Shown: positions 22,001 to 25,964 of the stretch, piece after piece
Numbering within the stretch: the first letter of the stretch is position 1
How the letters are laid out: every line of letters starts with the position of its first letter
NCBI RefSeq assembly: GCF_006345805.1
Contig: NW_021835565.1
Coordinates: 1-25,964 of the forward strand
Reading direction: 5' to 3'
DNA: 25,964 bases
From: Octopus sinensis
Taxonomy: Eukaryota
Translations under genes and position numbers: made by a program
Notes under the pieces: generated by a model
Databases searched by the model: none
The model's input: only the letters and a program-made list of their open reading frames with translations
What the model was told of the DNA's origin: nothing

Positions 22001-22289
22001 GAAAGCATGTAGCTTAGCGGTTAGGGTATTCGGCTCGCGATCGCAAGGTCGTGAGTTCGGTTTCCGGCAGCGTGTTCTGTCCGTGAGCAAGACTCTTGAT
22101 TTCACGTTTCCAGTCCACTCAACCGGCAAAAATGAGTAGAACCTGTGTCACGCTAAATCTCCCTGAGAACTACGTTAAGAGTATACATGCTTGCGGAGTG
22201 CTCAGCTATATTTCACGTTAATTTCTCGAGCAGGCTGTTCCGGTGATCGGATTAGCTGGAACCCTCGTCGTCGTAACTGACGGAGTGCC
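22001..22289 (+). mobile_element. SINE family B (tRNA head, CORE-like centre)
   Basis: A-box-like tagcttagcgg, B-box gagttcggtttcc, ccgtgagcaagactcttgatttcac, tail ctggaaccctcgtcgtcgtaactgacggagtgcc; shared with 24358-24651. Confidence 0.9.
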
Positions 22290-22841
22290 TGTTATTATTA
22301 CTAAATTTTATCCATCGCCCAGTTTAACAACATCATCTGTTCTTTAGATGTCATTAATGGAATCCACTCTGTTGGAATCAATCGAGTAAAGTCTCCAGGT
22401 CTGAGGTTAACATCTTTCCACAATCAATCTTTCAGATCCTGAAAATGTATCAAGTGTGCTACCCGTTCTCCTCTCACTAAACAATAAAGAAAAATCCTCT
22501 AGCAGTTACTTGTTACTAACCTGTATCAGCCATTCTACTAACATGTATTAGATATTCTATAAGTGAATTATTCCAGTTATATTATTGATAAACTTACGCC
22601 AGTTATATACCATTGGTGTCCTATAGCAGCTATACCATTAGTAGAACTATATCAGATATTCTATTTGTAACTATACTATTTTATTTGATAAACTTATGCT
22701 AGTTTCTCTGTAGTCTATTCTAACTATACTCTCTGTATCTTATACAATCCATTTTATTAGATGCTAATTTATCTAAACTGTTTTTATTTGTTTTGTTTTG
22801 TTTTTCTATCGGTAAACATCGCATAATTAATATTCAATAAG

Positions 22842-22959
22842 CCAAAGTTTTTGCCTTTCATCCTTCTGGGGTCGGTAAAACAAGTACCGGTTGTACGCTG
22901 GGATTGATGTAATCGACTTATCCCCCTAGATTCCTGGCCTTGTGTCAAAAATTGAAATC
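22842..22959 (+). mobile_element. 5'-truncated family A SINE with a 13-bp TSD (1 mismatch)
   Basis: aatattcaataag at 22829-22841 and aatattcaacaag at 22960-22972 flank the central domain and tail. Confidence 0.85.
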
Positions 22960-23327
22960 AATATTCAACAAGTGCTTGACTATGAATTTAACAGGATCTG
23001 AGTACTGAAACCAAATAGAACAATTTAGTGCTTTAGGTGAAATTTCTTGTTCAAATTTTTATCAGATTCTTCTTTGATGTTTGCCCGAATGAGGTTTATA
23101 AGATTTACTGTTTAGATTCATTTAACAATGTTCCACTGTAAAAAAAATTGGTCATGTAGTTAAAAAGTGCTTTATACTTCAGAAATATGGATTTTTTTTT
23201 CTTTCTTTTTTGGCTTTATTCTTTAATCAAAAGATCAGCCCTGACATAACAGACGTGTGCTCAAAAGCTTTTTCACCATCACTGTCTCATTTTAGAGTAA
23301 TGTAAAGCTACGCGATCTTATTGCATC

Positions 23328-23590
23328 CAGTCACATTTACAATGCTAAGGTGTGATTTAAGGAAGATATGGCTGCTATATCTTGCAAACCGAGTGGCCGC
23401 GAAGAGAATCGTTCATTGTTTTGCGAAATCTGAATGTAGTTCAGTAGAGACAGCTATCAAGGAAATGGATTTGACTAGCATATGGCTGCTATATCTAGCA
23501 GATCGTGTGACTGACACTGCAGAGTATCGACTCACGAAACCTGAGTGTTGTTCAGGAATCGGATCTACAGCATCTGTAACAGTCACATTT
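23328..23590. repeat. Two diverged 111-114 bp units bounded by cagtcacattt direct repeats
   Basis: atatggctgctatatct at 23366 and 23480; cgaaa.ctga.tgt.gttcag at 23424 and 23535; cagtcacattt at 23328-23338 and 23580-23590. Confidence 0.75.
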
Positions 23591-23794
23591 TGATGATGAT
23601 GATGATGACGAAGACGACGTTGATGATCATTATGACAATGATGATGATGACGATTACAACCACGATGATGTTTATGATGATGACCTTGATGAAGATGATG
23701 ATGATGATGATGACGATGACGACGAGGTGATGATGACGTTGATGATGATGATGACGACAACGATGATGACGACAACGACGACGACGATAATGAC

Positions 23795-23844
<50 letters not shown>

Positions 23845-23845
23845 C
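23591..23845. repeat. Degenerate (GAT/GAC)n microsatellite
   Basis: Direct reading; phase shift near 23727. Confidence 0.95.
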
Positions 23846-24074
23846 ATTTCCCAAATTATGATGATTTTCCTTTTTTATTATCATAATAATATTTAGGCTA
23901 AGAGACACCGGACAAATTCAAAAAAGAACAATTGAAACTAACATTAAAAACCACATAACCATATCAACGAGACTATCGGTTATTGTTATACACCGCTAGT
24001 CACAGTGTACTTCCACACATTGTTGTAATTTTACCGCCCCGCTGCCTTTGAGGGTAAGCGAGCATTTTCCCTGG

Positions 24075-24241
24075 ACTGAACGTTAGTCCTTGGCAGGGTT
24101 ACTGATTTAGAGCTAAGTGGACTGAAAAAGCATGAAATAAGTTTTTTTGCTCAAGAACACAACGCAATGCCGGCTTGGGGATTGAAACCACGATCTTACG
24201 ATAGTGCGTGCAACACTCTAACTACTAGCCCATGCGCCTTC
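24075..24241 (-). mobile_element. SINE family B-related copy (head and CORE-like part, different tail)
   Basis: RC aaggcgcatgggctagtagttagagtgttgcac...gtggtttcaatccc...gtgttcttgagcaaaa...cttatttcatg...cagtccacttagct. Confidence 0.75.
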
Positions 24242-24357
24242 GCGCGCGCCTACACACATACACATGAGTGTGTATGTATATGTGTATGCGTTCATTTCTG
24301 TGTATGTGTAATAAGGGCCATCGTGGTTTAGATGCTTCTTAGTTACTCTTACCAGAT

Positions 24358-24651
24358 GAACGCGCGTGGCTTAGTAGTCAGGGTATTCGGCTTACAATCG
24401 CGAGGTCGTGAGTTCGATTCCTGGCGTCGTGTGTGTCCTTGAGCAAGACACTTTATTTCACGTCGTTACTCCATTCCCGTCAGCAGGCAAAAATGAGTAG
24501 TACCTGTATTTCAAAGGGCCAGCCTTGTCACACTGGATCTCCCTGAGAACTATGTTAAGTGTATGCGTGTCTGTGGAGTGCCTAGCCACTTGCACGTTAA
24601 CTTCACAAGCGGATCAACTGGAACACTCGTCGTCGTAACTGACAAAGTGCC
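24358..24651 (+). mobile_element. SINE family B
   Basis: gcgtggcttagtag (A box), gagttcgattcc (B box), ccttgagcaagacactttatttcac, same tail as 22001-22289. Confidence 0.9.
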
Positions 24652-25476
24652 GGTTACTTTCACTTTCAGTAATACAGTGAACGAGTAATTGAGGCACTGG
24701 AAACCTTTAATTAATGGCGCTAGTTCACAAATTGCGATACAAATAAATAAATAAATAAATAAATAGCAATTAATTTTCCCTTCTAACAACGTGTAATGTA
24801 TTAGTTGTGTTTGCGGATGTGTGGTTAATGAGGGACACGATGAAGTTTGCAGAAAAACAAAACAAAAAAAGACAACAACAAAAAGAGGGATGCAAATGGA
24901 CCTTAAAAGATCTAAACAAACCACTAAGGAAAAAAGGATTGTGGTAACACTACCAAGCTCTAATCAAAATGGTTAATGAAGTTTACAGCTCAGCACAAAT
25001 AGCTTTTGAACTCCGCAATGTGTCGTTGTGACAGCATTACTTAAATACATAAATACACACACGTACAACACAAACACACACATATATGCATGCAACTTAC
25101 GTATTTATGAATGTATATATATATATATATATATAAATGTGTGTGTGTGTGTGTTGATGTATGTTTATGTGCTAAACTGAAGCTTCTCACAATGCACCGC
25201 ATCATGAGAGAAGCCCGGCAATCATCTTCAAAGTACTTTATATAGCAAGACCCACAGATCTGTATTTAAGCTTATAGTGTGAAGCCATGCTAGAGAGTTT
25301 GACAGGAATTACACAACTCTTCCCCCCGTCCTTACACTTTCTATGTTAAAGAAGAGTTAGTCTTCCGACATTGCAGAATGAGAAACAATGAAACAGCAGT
25401 CATTGATAGTGTTTTAATAATTGACGAAGATAAAAACCACATACCTGAAGTAATTTTTTTTCTTTTTTTTTTAATG

Positions 25477-25610
25477 TCAGACGTGGCTGTGTGGTAAGAA
25501 ACTGGCTTGCCAACCATATGGTTCTGGGTTCAGTCCCCGCTGCGTGGCACCTTCGGCAAGTGTCTCTGGTGGACAGAAATTGAAAGAAGCCCTTCATATA
25601 GCTAGCTAAC

Positions 25611-25644
<34 letters not shown>

Positions 25645-25649
25645 TACAC

Positions 25650-25693
<44 letters not shown>

Positions 25694-25878
25694 TTTTATG
25701 TCTGTGTTTGTCCCTCAACACCGCTAACGGTTCGGCAAAAGAGACTGATAGAATATGTACAGGTTTTTTTTTTTAAATTAAGTACTAGGGTCGATTCATT
25801 CGCCTAAAAATTCTTCAGGGCGGTGTCCTAGCTTGGCTGCAGTCTAATGACTGAAACAAGTAAAAAATTAAAGATAAA
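25477..25878 (+). mobile_element. SINE family C, internally deleted, with a (GATA)/(TG) spacer
   Basis: gtggctgtgtggtaagaa...gggttcagtcccc...gcaccttcggcaagtgtct...gaaattgaaagaagccc, spacer, then ggttcggcaaaagagac...gggcggtgtcctagcttggctgcagtctaatgactgaaacaagtaaaa. Confidence 0.9.
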
Positions 25879-25964
25879 GGATTAGAAATCATTAAAAGTT
25901 TACTGATGGAATTAAAATATCTCGAAAGATCTCCTAAGTTTCTACGAGATTTCTTCAATCGAAA

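Noticed and set aside
22001-22075. tRNA-like sequences at SINE heads (also 24358-24425 and 6599-6685)
   Set aside because: A and B boxes are present, but there is no complete cloverleaf with an acceptor stem and each runs directly into a SINE body; they are not tRNA genes.
23592-23845. Poly-Asp reading frame suggesting an acidic biomineralisation-type protein
   Set aside because: A stop lies just upstream in that frame, there is no good acceptor or start, the phase shifts near 23727, and similar degenerate triplet tracts occur elsewhere in the window.

Overview
AT-rich eukaryotic non-coding DNA saturated with microsatellites and retroposons. No host protein-coding exon could be supported, and almost all ORFs in the supplied track are microsatellite translations. 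From memory, the repeat families and microsatellite load match an octopus (coleoid cephalopod) genome; this was not verified by search. The main element is a 5'-truncated Penelope-like retroelement on the minus strand (about 17141-19380) with an RT and a C-terminal GIY-YIG endonuclease. It has a CX4CX2C linker, three frameshifts and no in-frame stops, and it sits in a (TA)n tract. Its 3' end holds a minimal hammerhead-ribozyme fold with a variant core (CUGUUGA). Also present: a CR1-like LINE 3' end, decayed RTE-like and L1/Tx1-like LINE remnants, and three tRNA-headed SINE families (informal labels A, B, C) in about 20 copies or fragments. The SINEs show nesting, target-site duplications, tandem and inverted arrangements, and two apparent cases of SINE/LINE shared 3' tails. 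All alignments were done by eye and element edges are approximate.
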